Assembly (NCBI GenBank): GCA_045837725.1
Contig: JBEWZL010000063.1
Coordinates: 186,001-250,000, forward strand
Direction: 5' to 3'
Origin: Vermamoeba vermiformis
Lineage: Eukaryota
Length of the DNA: 64,000 bases
Part shown: positions 21,059 to 35,155 of the stretch, piece by piece
Numbering within the stretch: position 1 is the first letter of the stretch
Layout: every line of letters begins with the position of its first letter
Notes under the pieces: model-generated
What the model was told of the DNA's origin: nothing
The model's database searches: none
The model's input: only the letters and a program-made list of their open reading frames with translations
Position numbers and translations under genes: made by a program

Positions 21059-23654
21059 ATGAAGCAAAGACTTTTAGTAGCTTTAATTGTGCTTTGTTCT
21101 GTGATCGCGATCGTGCAAAGTGAATTGCTAGCAAATTCAGGTTATCCTATCAACAGAGCCAATCCTCAACGCAATAATCATATAAATCGACATGTATGTA
21201 TTAGTTGGCTAAATTAGTAACATCCATTTTTTTTTGATTTTGCATTTCCAGATTTTGTGTTCAGCGATCTCAAATGGAAAAACAACAGTTCTGCAGCGAG
21301 AAAAAACCGTAGGAGAACCTCTATTTTTCCCGTATTGGATTCCTCCTGTTTTGGATGACCAAGTAAGATCTTAATAAAATCTTCGTTCGACAGATCTAAC
21401 CGTTTATTTTTATAGAATTACCTATATTCACAAATTAATCATAACACAGTGGTAAAGGTTGATTTATCAGCATTTAACATTACGGAGTATGTTATTTTTT
21501 AAAAAATTATATTTTTTCAATATTTATTAATTACACGCGTAATTTCATAGGAGCGTTAGCTTTACTGATACCCATATTACCGTTGGCACGAATAATTTAT
21601 TCCTTTCGAGCGCCACAACAACTGCGATCTATCGAAAATCAGATCTTCAACAAGTAGCGACAAATGCAAATACCGGAGGCGATGGCGAATCATCTTTAGC
21701 TCCATATTCATCAGATATAATGATTAGAGCACAAATTGGCGAATCATCCGCGTCTACAGCCCCTTCGTACGTCTTCCTCAACACATCTACTGGTCTTTTT
21801 TCGTCAACGCAAGAAGTACCTTTAGTCGGTAGTCCTCGTGATGCTATTATATATAAGACTGATAGTATTGAGTTTCCAATCTTCGTGGGTCAATCCAACG
21901 ATATTAGCAATACTCCTAATGTCGTCATATCTGCTGGTCCTGGTCGCTATGCAGTTAACATATCCAATGCTGGGCTGTTATATAAGACCGACCCTTTTGT
22001 TGTCGATAATAGGCTCTTAGTATTTACAGACACGAATCATATCTACCATTTCAACGCCGTAAGTCTAAAGTGATACGTGTCAAACGGATCTGGCTTACTT
22101 ACTTTTATCCTATTTAGGAAACTGGAGATCTCATGCGAAAAGTCACGTGGAACTTATATGGAACCACAAATTTGGTAAACAGTGTGATGATCAAAGGCTC
22201 CAAGGCTCTCGCTAGTCTTGAAATAACTGATCCGGAACAATACGTGATCGTGGAGCTGTACACCAACATGACAGTATTGTCGGACTTGCGGTTCGTTGGA
22301 AACCCCGTATTTTCATTAAGTAAGTACTATTGGTCAATTATATTATCAATGTTCTAATTTTACGTTGTAGCCGACAACGTGGTTCTGATGAGCGTGGCGG
22401 ATCCAAACACCGGTTACATCAAGTTATTAGGACTTGATTGGGATAGCTGGGATGTGAAGGTTGTTGGTGACGTTGGTGCGCCTTCTAATCTTGTCGCGGT
22501 ACGTCACAGACGGACATTTTTGTCAGTCGGTGGTGCGTACTTTGGCTAACTTTTTCATAGTCTGAGCCTGTAATTGGCGAAGATTGCAACGTGTATATCA
22601 TAGTAGACGGCGACCTTCAAGTGTACAAGCCATTGCCGCTTCAGAAAGTCGTGCCTGTGATCGAGTGCATCGAGTCAGACAACACTGCGTACTTCTCCTA
22701 CGACAACTTGGAGGCTCGTTCATTCAACATTCCATTCGTTACTGACAGAAATAATCTTTATCCCATGGTACGCTCTACAACTGCTATTAATATTAGCTCA
22801 CTATGGCAATGCAGGCCCAAGCTCCAGTTACTTCTTTCAACATCGGATCCAGCGCGCACTACCCGTTGTCGCCCTCGATAGTTTTGACAACCAATCCTTC
22901 AGCATCGTACAAATGGATCCTCGAAGACTACACTCTCGAGTTCGCCAACACGCCGGCACTCAGATGTCCGACAAGTAAGTGTCAAACCTCAATGACACGT
23001 GTCAAGTGTCAAACGAGCAACTAATCACACCGTCACAGACATAACTCTTCAGCTTAAATTCACTGCCAACTCAAGCTTTGATGTACCTTCATTCAGCAAC
23101 ATTGTGCTCAATGCATTTTTGAACGTGACTGGCATCCGAGAGACACGTGTTGTTATTGGCAACATCACGTCACGCAGTACCTCAACACGTGCTGTTCATC
23201 AAAGCAGTGACTCTTCGCTAGAACTTGAGCTGCAAGTTGGATCTGGTAAGGCAACTTGACATCGTCATTTGCAGAAACATAATAACCATTTGCAGGCAAT
23301 CAAAGCGAGCCATCGTCATCAAGAGTTGTCATGGACTTTGTTACGAACCAACAAACTGAGTTCAACAATCAAGTGTCAAATGATCCCAATGCTCCGTCAA
23401 ATGTGGCATTGACATGTACGTTGACACGTGTCAACCCTTTAATCTCAGTTGTTTTTAACTGTTTGTTATCATTAGCTGTCACAACAAAGCAGCCAGACGC
23501 CGCACAAAGAGGCGTTCCAAATCCGGCAGCCCCAACCAACGAACCACCTGTCGTGACCGTTCCTCAATCTGCGCCAGTAACGTCATCAAGCAGTACAGTG
23601 ATGGCTCTGTCAGCAGTAATTAAGGCATTTATTGTCCTCGTTTGTTTAATCTAA
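21059..23654 (+). CDS. Cell-surface protein, second kinase-less paralog of the RTK ectodomain, likely GPI-anchored
   Basis: MKQRLLVALIVLCSV; LANSGYPINRANPQRNN; PLPLQKVVPVIECIESDNTAYFSY; NAFLNVTGIRETRV; intron positions shared with the paralogs; hydrophobic C-terminus. Confidence 0.8.
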
Positions 23655-23688
23655 CAAGTCAAGTGATTTGCGCAAATAATAAATGATG

Positions 23689-24810
23689 TTAGCAGCACTT
23701 TCTGTGAACAATGGCAGGACCAGACTCGTCATATTCTTCCTTGGAGATCCACATTTGTCGAAAGCAAGGATAAGAGGCCAAGATGGAACCACCAACCCAA
23801 ACGGAGTTCTTGCGCTCAGGAGGAGCAATGATCTTGATCTTCATTGTGGCAGGAGCAAGTGCAGTCAATTCCTTGTGCAAGCGGTCTGCAATACCACGGA
23901 GCATGGTTGTCCCACCAGACAACAGAACATTGTTAAAGAGATCCTTTCTTATATCAGCATTGCACTTCATGATGGAATTGTAAATAATCTCGTGAATGCC
24001 AGGATAGTCGTATTCACCATTGATCAAGTAGGGTTGGAACAGTGCTTCAGGGCAACGGAAACGTTCGTTTCCAATTGTAATAGATGTGCCATCAGGAATT
24101 TCATAGCTGATATCAGATTTAGAAGCACTCATCTCCTGTTCAAAGTCCAAGGCAACATAGCAGAGCCTCTCCTTGATTGTGCGGACAATTTCACGTTCAG
24201 CTCCAGTGGTGAAACAGTAACCACGCTCATTCACGATTTTCATCAAGTACTCTGTTAAATCACCACCAGCCAAATTAAGACGCGTAATGGCGTGAGGAAG
24301 GGCAGAACATTCATTGATTGGCACAGCGTAGGTGACACCTTCTCCAGAGTACAAGACAATACCAGAATAGGTGTTAGAAGAGTAGAGCGGCAAGGCAGCT
24401 TGATTGGCAACGTACATGGCAGGGGTGTTGAAGGTCTCGAACATAATTTGAGTCATCTTCTCTCTGTTGGCCTTGGGGTTCATAGGAGCTTCAGTGAGCA
24501 AGACAGGTTGTTCTTCGGGAGCAACACGAAGCTCGTTGTAGAAGGTGTGGCGCCAGATCTTCTCCATATCGTCCCAGTTGGTAACAATTCCATTCTTGAT
24601 GGGGTAGTTGAGGGTCAAAATACCACGTTTGTATTGGGCTTCATCACCAACATAATTATCTTTTGTTAATTCCTGACCGGATGACTTGCCTGAGCGAAGA
24701 CGGCCAACAACGGAAGGGAAGACGGCACGAGGAGCGTCATCTCCAGCAAATCCGGCTTTAATCATGTGAGAACCATTATCAATAACTATGACAGGAGGGT
24801 AGTCTGCCAT
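23689..24810 (-). CDS. act: Divergent, intronless actin paralog (373 aa)
   Basis: [80 protein letters not shown]. Start taken at MADYPP. Confidence 0.93.
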   Translation of the reverse strand: MADYPPVIVIDNGSHMIKAGFAGDDAPRAVFPSVVGRLRSGKSSGQELTKDNYVGDEAQYKRGILTLNYPIKNGIVTNWDDMEKIWRHTFYNELRVAPEEQPVLLTEAPMNPKANREKMTQIMFETFNTPAMYVANQAALPLYSSNTYSGIVLYSGEGVTYAVPINECSALPHAITRLNLAGGDLTEYLMKIVNERGYCFTTGAEREIVRTIKERLCYVALDFEQEMSASKSDISYEIPDGTSITIGNERFRCPEALFQPYLINGEYDYPGIHEIIYNSIMKCNADIRKDLFNNVLLSGGTTMLRGIADRLHKELTALAPATMKIKIIAPPERKNSVWVGGSILASYPCFRQMWISKEEYDESGPAIVHRKCC

Positions 24811-25068
24811 TGTGGTTGTGTTGGGGGTTTTTGTAAAAAGAATAAGCGGTGTTTTGCCGAGCAAAGTTGTGAAATGTCACGTGTTGCGATTTTTGACAGC
24901 TCGTCATCCGTGATTCTGTAAACGAAAATTCCTTGTTGACCAATCCAAACACGTTTTCTATTCTTTTCTTCGTTGTGGATCAAAATTACTTGGAAGTTTC
25001 ATATTGTGGATCTCGGACCTAACACATGCCAACGCATCCAGCCGGCTGAGTTACATCAACTAATTCCC

Positions 25069-27125
25069 TCATGTTGTTCTGACGTTAATTAGTAAAATCG
25101 ATCCAAAAATTATACTGCAAAAACCTACTTATTGAAATAATCGAGTACGGCCTTATCATCGGACAATAGGGCACGATAAAATGGTGCTTTTTCATCACGC
25201 TCTTTTTCAATGTCAAAAATTTCTATCATGCCGTTCGATGCGTAAATTAATTGTTGCTCATTTGCACCAATGAAATCTCTGCTGTTCAGTGAAAATTGAC
25301 GCGGAAGTGATTTCTCGACGGGTTTGTGGCCGTTAAAGTTATCGCTCCCGAAAGTTGTCACTTTTTTGGTTTCTAGATCTATCACTACTGGCCACTCATC
25401 CGTGCTCAGAAACACCTATAATTAGTGTTATATCAATAAATCTTACTAAAAACTCGTCAAAAGCGTAAAACATATATTTTCGTACCAGATCTTGAGTGAC
25501 GGCTACAATGTTCCTTAAAGTCGGATTATCGAATATAGTCGATGCATGAGTATTCAAATCAACAATCTCTAACGCGTAGTCTGACAGAAATAACAAATGA
25601 TTGTTGGTCATGCGCACTGTGTGGACCGGTGGACCCGTGTCAAACTTGCGTTTGAGGCTCATTTGACCGAGGGCTAGGTCATACACCTATTTACGTACCA
25701 TATTAGTATTATAGTATTGTATAGTGCTTGCCAGCTAGACTAATATTTACCTGAACGGCTCTTTTGGCTATTAATCCAACGTATCTTGAGGTCGGGTAAA
25801 GTGTGTGCGGAAGAAATTTCAGATCCAGATCTACCGAGTGCCAATTCTGTAAATAAGTTAATATAAGGCTTTTTTATGAGCAATAAAGCTCACTTTAACG
25901 CTCTGCAAATTGCGGTCCATTTCGATGACGATTAAACTTTGAGTTTTGTTCCATGAAGTAGTCATAGCGAGAAATGCAATTTTGTTATTACTCTTTGCGA
26001 AATTTCCTTTTGGCAAAGAATCTCCGATAATAAATTCGGAGAATTGTTGATTTGTGACTGGTTCTGCGATGTAACTAGCCGGATACAAAAGTGTACGGAA
26101 ATTATCTTCAAACTTCACCATCACTCTTTTCGTCCTTAAATCGAATACCTATATATAACATTATAATTATAGTGTTATAATATTAATATTCATGATTTAC
26201 TTACGGCGCATTGGGTTTCGCCAATAGAAGCGATCAAAGTGTCGCAGACAATGTTAGGATTTATGTTAGTGATTAATCGTGTGGGACTTATATCAACAAG
26301 ATCATATGGCTCGTTAGTCTTATCTAGCGAAACAACCGTTGTTGCTAAGATGCAGTAGTTTCCCTAAAAAGGAAATTAAGAAAGATACCGCAAAAAAAAT
26401 ACTCTTCAAATCGATTAAGATTTACTCGCAAGGGAAAATTATATTTTACTACATATGATTATTAATAAAAATCGCAATTTGTGTTTATTTAGAAAGCAGC
26501 AAGCAAAATTTTGGATTAACGGATGCATCTGTTTGTTCTAGCAACCAGCCAACGTCGTAACGTACCTTATATATCATATTATAGTGCAGAACATTAACTT
26601 CTATTGCTGTACTTCGTAAAGTGTGGAGATTTAGCGTGGCTAGAATAGTGTGATCCGCAATACTTTTTACTATGACCAACCTGCATAATTAAACATTTAA
26701 AATATACTAAAATTGATATTAATTATCGTGATAGATATTATACCGTTCTCCATCAACGTAAACTGCCTCATTCACAATAGAAAAATGGTGGATCAAGCTT
26801 AACTTTGCTTCGGTGTCTTCAAATATTCTTGTTAATTATTTGGAAATTATATAATATAATCATTAGAATAATTACCTGATAGAAACCAATTATTTCTCCT
26901 GTTCAACTGAAATCTAATTTTTTCGAGAGCAGAACGATTTGGATCTTCAATTAACTTCGATACGAAGCTCCATTTCCGTAATATTTTTGGCAATAATTTT
27001 CTTAGAACAAAATCACTGAGGAGTAAACTGTTTAAGTCCTTATTCGTGAGGAGCAGCGAATAAAAAGTATTCGGATCAACTTCTGTGGCTATCTGCGCCA
27101 CGAGCTCTTTTGGCAAACCATCCAT
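25069..27125 (-). CDS. F-box protein with beta-strand-rich (propeller-like) C-terminal region
   Basis: MDGLPKELVAQIATEVDPNTFYSLLLTNKDL is F-box-like, followed by many short beta-rich exons. The 3' end is uncertain. Confidence 0.6.
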
Positions 27126-27281
27126 TATACTATTGTAGTACTGAGGTTGCTATAAATAAACAAAAAAGAGGAGACAAGATTCGGAAAAAACTCAACCTAA
27201 TTTTAAGGAGGCCATTGGCGAGTACGTGCGTTTTGAATCAAACAAGTGCTATTGATTTTCGATTTAATAATTAAATGTTTT

Positions 27282-28772
27282 TTACAAGAATTTTGATGAT
27301 CTGCTCGATCCAAAGCGTGATAGCAACGCGTCATTTTCTGATAGCAATTTTGACGTCCTATGATATTAAAATATTAAAATTAGTATACCATATAAGATGA
27401 AGTAATAATAGCCGTACCTCTTCGAGTCAATGATTCCAACTTTCAGATCTCGATCTCGATCGAAGTACGGTACGTATTCTTTCTCGTCTTTTTTCTTCTT
27501 ATCTTTTTTATCCTTCTTATCCTTTTTATCCTTTTTATCTTTCTTATCTTTATGCTTCTTATCCTTATGTTTCTTGTCTTTATCTTTGCCTTTCTTTTCC
27601 TTCTTATCCTTATCTTTATCTTTCTTATCCTTCTTTTCGTTCTTTTGCATTTTCATTTCATAATGTTGTTCCATTAATGATTTTTGTCTATTAACGCCGC
27701 TATGTTTTTCAATTGCTTCGCGGTTCTGTCGTTCTTTGTCAGCAGCCACTCGTTCAGCCACCATTTGCTTGGCCAGTTCCAACGCAGACAACTAATAACA
27801 TCATAATATGAATACATTATATCGATATTATTATAGGGCAGTATTATTATAAGTACCTGTGGTGCAGCTGGTTCTTCGCCGGGTGTGGAAGTCCATCCAG
27901 AAACGTCACCACGATCATCGACTCCTTTGCGGCTGAACGACGTCACGCTCTTTTGCATTAAATCTAATAGTATTATTGTTAGTAAGGATGATACTACATC
28001 GCTCAGCTAATGCGAGCAGATCCGCGTACCAAAATCGAGTGAAACTTTCTTCGTGTCTGGCAGCTTAGTCATCCATTCTTCTCGCTTTGCGGGGCCAGTC
28101 TATATGATATACTATTAGTATATGCAGTATTTATTGCGGTATTAATGAATGTCAATGTACCTGGATCGAGCCAGTTGTGTTCGACCGCAACATTTCCCAT
28201 TGCTTCTCTTCTTTTTCGCGGCGGAGTCTCTTAGTCTCCTCGGTGTCTTCTGAATCTTCCTCTGGTTGAAACATATTTGCAAGTGCTGGACGAGGGCCAA
28301 AGGTGTCCTAAAGCAGATCCATTAGAACAGATCGAGAATTAAATTGCAAGTAGAATTTTCGTACCTATCATCGTCCTCTGGTTTTTTAGGTTCATCTTCG
28401 TTCAATTTTCTTCGTTTTCTATCGGGTTCATCATCGTCTGAATAATTTTAGAATTTTTTCGGTGGATCGTGAAAATAATCGAACTTACCTGAATCATTTT
28501 TGTCCGCCAACCAGTCAGGTAATGCTGCCCCTAATTTTCTCTTATTATTTGAGGTATTTTCGGGTGCGTTGGTCTCCACTGCAGGTCCCGCTTCAGATTC
28601 GCTAATTTTTTCTGGCTTTAGCAAAGAATTTTAGTATTGATTTTAAAATATTGTATTTTTCATTAATAACAATTATGTAAACAATATGCGCGATAAAAAA
28701 AGCAAGAAGTCGCAAAGAATTTTCTCCTAGGAAACCAGATCTTACCTCTACGTTATTATTATTTTCGGCCAT
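27282..28772 (-). CDS. GPALPP1/DUF3752-like protein
   Basis: GAALP, REEWMTKLP, SGWTSTP, RQKSLMEQH, K/D-rich tract, YFDRDRDL, LLSRFG..KFL*. Confidence 0.85.
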
Positions 28773-28968
28773 TATGTCTATATTGTGTACACTCTATTTA
28801 CAGCAAAATAGTTATAACAGAATGCTATGAACGGAAGAGGGCTTTTTTTTTGGCCAAATTCACGGGCTTGATAACTCGGACCTAAATAATACGACCAACT
28901 ATATTTTACACTTTCACTAGAGTAGCACTACCCATTATCAAAGTAGCGCTAATATACACCAATCAGCA

Positions 28969-30084
28969 ATGGAAAACAAAACAGCAGATCAATCAAATAG
29001 CACTCAAAAGCAATCTCCTCTTGGTTCTGTCGTGTCAATTGTTAAATCAATATTTTCTACGAAAGAAATTACGACGGTAGAAGATTACATTGTACAGTTG
29101 GACAGATCCAAGTTTGTAAATGTAGTGAGTTTATGTACTGCATTAGGATTAGCGATGGGAGCTACAAATGGTTACCAGGAGGTAAGTTCCATATTTATAT
29201 ATTTTTTAAATAATTATTGTAATTTTGTATTATTTTCTGCATCTGATCCAAAATTAGTTTCGTTTGTTTAACGTTTGTTTGTAATATTCTACGCATCCAA
29301 ATATATAATTATTTATTAGGGTATTCAAAGAGGTCAAGATGCGCTATCAAAGCTGACAGTAGATCCCGCGTCCAAAGAGGCACAACGCGTGTATCATAAT
29401 CAAGTCTATGGCAGATTATTCATTCAAGGAGCCACAGGTGGCTTTAAGTAAGTGCTTATAATACGATAATAGATAATAACAATTATTAACGCTTTAATTA
29501 ACAGACTAGCATTGTTCGCAACAGTGTTTGGAGGTGGCAAGTTGTATTTACAAAATCTTAGAGAGAAGAGGGACGCATTAAACTCGATTGCATCCGCTGG
29601 TATAGCTGGTCTGCTAATAACATTACCACTCGGTAAGACCTCATAATGATACTTACACGACTCAAAAATAGAAGTTGAAACACGTGTCGCGCACAACTTG
29701 CTTTTCTGATACCAAACTGTTTGCAATTATTTATTGAGACAATTAACTGATTAAATATAATATATTAAGGTTTTAGAACTGGTTTATTTGGACTTGGCGC
29801 AGCTTCAGCGCTTGGTGCAGTGGATGGACTTTTAGAACAATACGTACTGTAAGTTCAAACTTGACGAAATCGATAAGAATGTATTAGAAGAGTTTATTAA
29901 TAATATTCGGTATAGTAAAAAATCACCAGAAGATTATCTCAAAGGATTTGAACGGGCTTTAGCACGACAAAATGCAGAAAAAGCGAAACAGGAAGCTGAA
30001 AGACCTGCAGAAAAGATTGATACCGAGTTAAAAATGCATCAAAAGTTTATGCAAGGCTCGAGCACGGATAATAATAAAAAATAA
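28969..30084 (+). CDS. Tim17/Tim22/Tim23-family mitochondrial inner-membrane protein
   Basis: Gly-rich TM segments, GATGGFK|LALFATVFGG, LREKRDALNSIASAGIAG (R..D..N motif), GLFGLGAASALG. Confidence 0.75.
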
Positions 30085-30318
30085 CCTTACTTGATTAAAA
30101 CAAATTTTGACACCAAGATCTAGACTACAACGAAACGCGGAGCGGTAAGATCAGACCTGCAGAGCTTACTAATATATGAAAGTCTAATGGGCTGGCCTTC
30201 GCTTCTTTGAGGAGATCCGACGTAAATTTACTCCGGGTGCACCGCGAGTTTAGAAACCATTTTTTTTTGGTTGCAATAGCTGAAATAAAGAAATTATTTC
30301 ACTAACATCAACACCACA

Positions 30319-32583
30319 ATGGACAAGACATACGATATCGCAATTTGGGGAGCTACTGGCTTCGTTGGTAAGCGCAGCTCCAACTTGGCGTGTCACTAAG
30401 CCGAAAATTTTCAACAATTTATGGAGAGCTTAATTTCGACTTTTAATCGATATAAATTATATCTAATATGTTTTAAAATGCAGGAAAATTGATCTCACGT
30501 TATTTCGCGAAGAACTACGACCAGGATCATATTAAAGTCGCTATTGTTGCTCGTAACAAGGAACGTCTGGAGGAAGTGAAGACAAACATGGTTCAAATCA
30601 ATCCTAAATATAAGGTAATTACAATCAATAGGCAAAATTATCTTCGCGGCCTTCGGGAATACTATTTTTCCTGATCCACGATTTTGCTTTTGTTAATTCG
30701 CAGCAGAGCTTCGATAACTCAAAGCAGCTCGGGTACAATGTATTGAATTAAACCTAACTTCGTTTAGGACGTTGGTGTTCTCATTGCCGACGTGCACGAT
30801 CAGGAATCCGTGGATCACGCCATCAAGAGGGTTAAAGTTGTCATTAATACTGTAGGACCATACACTATATACGGGTAAGCATATTTGCAACTAAAGCAAG
30901 CGATTCTGAAACTAACTCGCTTTCAGGCAACCTGTCATTGACGCGTGCGTCAGATTTGGCACCCATTATGTCGATTTGACTGGAGAAAGCAATTGGATCA
31001 AGTAAGTACCAATCTTGACTATTAATAAGACGATTTAACTGAATATGCTTTATTAGGAAAATGATCCAAACGTATCACGAACAAGCCGCTGAAAAAGGTG
31101 TGATCATCGTGCCTTCATGCGGATTCGATTCAGTGCCCTCTGACTTGGGTGCATTTTTGGCTGCCGAGGCACTGAAAAAGGTACTTTCTACTTCAGCTTT
31201 TTGGATCAGCCTGATTTTGCTAATGATCATCCTTTACAAACACTTATCTTCTTTACTATTAATACTTTCTAACAATGCTCGTCATGTAGAGACACAATGA
31301 AGACGCTGCTCTTATTAAGCACACTGTTATGGACGTCAAGGGAGGCGTGAGTGGTGGTACTTTGGCGACTATGATGGTTGTCTTAGATCACGCGAGCAAA
31401 GAAGACTTGACGAACACTCACTTGCTGGACCCGACGCCTGCTGAAGAAGGTCAGTCTTACCTCAATTTACTCACTTTGCAATGACTAATAATCACTCCAA
31501 CAGACCTCATCAAGCGTGACCGAGCAGCTATTTTGCCGCAATACGACCCTGATTTTAAGTAAGTAGCACTATAAACTAATCATATTATTACCTTTTGGTT
31601 ATCGTTATGTTAATTTCATCCGCTCGAACAAGTCACTAATACCGTGTTCAGGACTTGGACGCACATGTTCGTTATGGCCTCAGCCAATGCTCGTATTGTT
31701 CGTCGATCAGCTGGTTATTTGCAATCTGAAGGCGCTGGTTACTCTAAGAACGTCAAGTACATGTAAGTCGTACTTAACAATTGTGCCATGCCACGTGTCA
31801 CTTACGTGGGACTGATCTCTTGTCCAGTGAGAACCAAGCGACTTCAACATTTATCCGCGGTGTCCTCTTCACGGTACTTATGGGTGTTATTGTTATTCTC
31901 TTTATGATTCGTCCTGTACGCAAAGTAATTGAACGAGTAAGTAACGGATCTTGCCTACCTGGTGATGACCTTCTTTACTAATGTACTTTGTTTTTTCATC
32001 GCATAGTTCTTGCCCAAGTCAGGCTCGGGACCCTCTGAAGAAACAATGCGAAATGGCCGCTACCATGGCAAATTCGCCGCTAAATCCGCTTCGGTAAGTG
32101 ATCGAGTAGCAACTTCGCTTTCTGATCAACGGTAGCCGGTTGATATCGAGCCTGTTACTATAATACATTAATTACACGAGAGCTAACACGTCTTTCCATT
32201 TAGGGCAAGTCTGTGGCCATCGATTTCAGAATCAAGGGCGATCCTGGCTACTCGTAAGTTTGCGGAATGAATTAACTCGTGGGATTACCTTAATATTAAT
32301 ACTTGTATCGTAGGCAAACGGCCACTATGATCTCCGAGTCCGCTCTTTGCTTGTTGGAGAACAGAGATCAACTCCCGTTCACCAAATTGGCCAAAGGTTC
32401 GTTACATAATTCTTAATATTACGAAAAATATCTATTTTAACCGCAATGGAAGAATTTGCTAATAATGGAAATTTAGGAGGTGTTTTGACTCCTGCCACTG
32501 CTTTTGGATTTGTTTTGGCTGATCGATTAAGAAAAGCTGGCTTCGAAATTCGTGAGGAAGCTGGTGTCACCACCCAAGCTTAA
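30319..32583 (+). CDS. SCCPDH: Saccharopine dehydrogenase-like oxidoreductase
   Basis: YDIAIWGATGFVG, VINTVGPY, HYVDLTGE, IVPSCGFDSVPSDLG, SGGT, GDPGY..TATMISESALCL, GGVLTPATAFG. Confidence 0.93.
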
Positions 32584-33109
32584 GAGATTAATTGCACGAG
32601 CCACACTAATTTTGCGTGCCGCTTAGATTAATTTCAAAACGGTAAATAATGCAATTTAATTCCTATTGAATTGAATTTACATGTAAATAAATAATTATGT
32701 TATTTTCTTACAAATAATATTGCTTTCTTTACCAGCGAATCAATTAGATTTTCATTCAGGCCTAAGCGCCTGGAATCTAAATCCAAGCCGAGATGAAGTT
32801 TCATTCACCAGGTACTCGAATTAATCACTGTAAATATCATTAATAATCACCGTTAGTGCTTGTGCGTTGCATCGCGTTAATAAAATAAATAAAATCTCAT
32901 CTGGTATAGATTTCGTTTCATTTTTACAGGTGAAACAATCTGATCTAATTACGGTACGTGTTTTGGCATTCAATATCATAACAAGCTTGTGTATTAAATC
33001 GAATTCCCGCCGAGTTTCTGTGTGAGCTTTTGGCCTATTTATTAAATCCGGTGAAAAAAAACGGTTCGATAAACATTCTATTATGAACTGTACAAGCAAC
33101 AAGAAGAAC

Positions 33110-35155
33110 ATGTGTCGGTGGTGCGTGTACATCGGTGACCCTATTCTCTTGGCCACAATTTTAACCAGACCAAAGTAAGTCAGATCAAGCGCAAGCGACA
33201 TTACTTAACCGAAAAAAGTTTTCAGCATCTAACGTCTATTTATTTAATTTTTAGCCATTCAATTTTGAAGCAAGCCTACGAGAGGTATCTGCCTCATATT
33301 GAGACGAATTGGAACCTAAGCAATTTACTGTCGACTGTACAGCGAAATTCGTTATTTAATGCAGATGGCTTCGGTATTGGCTGGTACACCAAAGACCATG
33401 ACGAAAATGATCCTACCCCGTGCATATTTACAAGGTATAATTGATATATTTGCCGAGTGGGTGGTTACGTGAAAATAACAATCGGAAAATTCACTCCGAA
33501 TCCAAATAATTTTACGAAAAGACGCACCATTATGATTCGCTATCATTAATATTGCTTTATTTAGTATCCAACCCGCACCGACAAACAGAAATTTTACCCG
33601 ATTAGCAGAGAAAATTAAATCAGAACTGTTTTTCGCTCACATCCGTGCTGCATCTCCTGGATTGCCTATTACAGAGACAAATTGCCATCCATTCCAATTC
33701 GGAAGGTACGTGCATAATATTAATTGTGTTAACATCATTATGGCGCGATGCTAAAACGAAATCTATGTAGATTTATGTGGATGCACAACGGTGGTATTTA
33801 CAAATTCAAAAAGATCAAGCAAGGTAACGATATTAACAATTACTATTTCATTATGCACGTGTATCTGACTGTTTTGTGCGTTATTTAGAGTTAATTAAGC
33901 GATTGAGCCCGAAAGCATATTCAATGGTTACCGGCACAACAGATTCAGAGCACATTGGCGCCCTTTTCGTCGATCAATTGCCTAATGGCGATCCTATGGC
34001 TGAGCACTCACCTGCTGATATTTGCAAAGCTATTAAGTACGTATCTTTTCAAACTCCGACGAGTCTAGTTACTGATCTCCGATCCCGCATTTCAATATCT
34101 TTCGTTTCACTACATTACCATGCAACTTATTATTATGCAATATATGTGCAAATATATCCGCACGTAGATCTTCATTGAGCTAAAGAAGCAAAAAAATTGC
34201 TACGACGGATCGGCGAACAATTTTAAAGGAGCCAATGAGCTAATCATTGTTATCTATAGGAACACTATATTCATATTAGTCGGTATAGTACGAGAATTCT
34301 TCAAAGAGAAGTCAGGTGCTTCGTCTTTGAATTTTGCTTGTACGGATGGCAAAACAGTCGTTTGCACGCGTTTCAGAGATCATCCAATTGAACATGCACC
34401 GTCACTGTATTATATTCGCGCTGGTAGTGTGCAAATGGAGGAGAAAGAAGTCAATATTTGTCCGGCTCGTGAATGCGAAAAACCAAAGGCGATCTTGATC
34501 TGCTCTGAGCCAATTACTTAGTAAGCATCTTTAGCGACATTGTGTCAAGCCTATCACTATTACAATATAGCGGTGATAATATTTCTATCGATAAGGCTTA
34601 AAGGCCACAAAAATTTTCTGATCTCGATCTGACTTTATTGTTTTCTTAGTGACGATTCTGCTTGGACTTTGGTTCCTAATAATCACTTAGGTAAGTCTTG
34701 GGACTAATATAGGCATATATATCGCTACTGCAATTAGTTAATTCGAATTTTCTTCGTGTACTAACACTCCGTCTAACGTTTTGTTTTAAATAGTGCTTGT
34801 AAAGGAAGATAGAACTACTAGCTTTGAACGAATAGACGTCAATCATCATCATCATAGCGTGCAAGAAATATTCAGCTCTTGGAAATCTCTTGCTTTCTCG
34901 CATAAGCATCCGGATGTGGAGGCAATTCCCTCGCCGCCAGAGTCACCTATCAACGAAAGAAAGCTAGTTGATATGATTAAGACGAAGCTTGATATTAAAT
35001 CATCGCCTTGCAGTAGTTTAGAAGAAATTCTAATGGCTGCTAGGACGTTGAAAAAAGAAATGAATTGCGAGAGCTTTAGCGAGTCGAATAGTCTTACCAA
35101 TAGCACCGCGTTAGAGACTACAACACCAATGAATAATGTAACTACTGAAAAGTAG
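33110..35155 (+). CDS. Class II glutamine amidotransferase, DUG3/EgtC-like
   Basis: N-terminal MCRW (Cys2 nucleophile), NADGFGIGWY, FAHIRAASPG..TNCHPF, WMHNG, GTTDSEH, SLNFACTDG, CSEPIT. Confidence 0.92.

Noticed and set aside
23683-24669. Plus-strand ORFs of 191 and 125 aa
   Set aside because: Antisense shadows of the actin gene with no independent motifs.
27430-27663. Phe/Leu/Ser repeat ORF
   Set aside because: Antisense of the K/D low-complexity tract in the GPALPP1-like gene.
32756-32815. TGGAATCTAAATCC resembling the tRNA-Pyl/amber anticodon arm
   Set aside because: No T-loop (TTCRA) or acceptor stem; likely chance.
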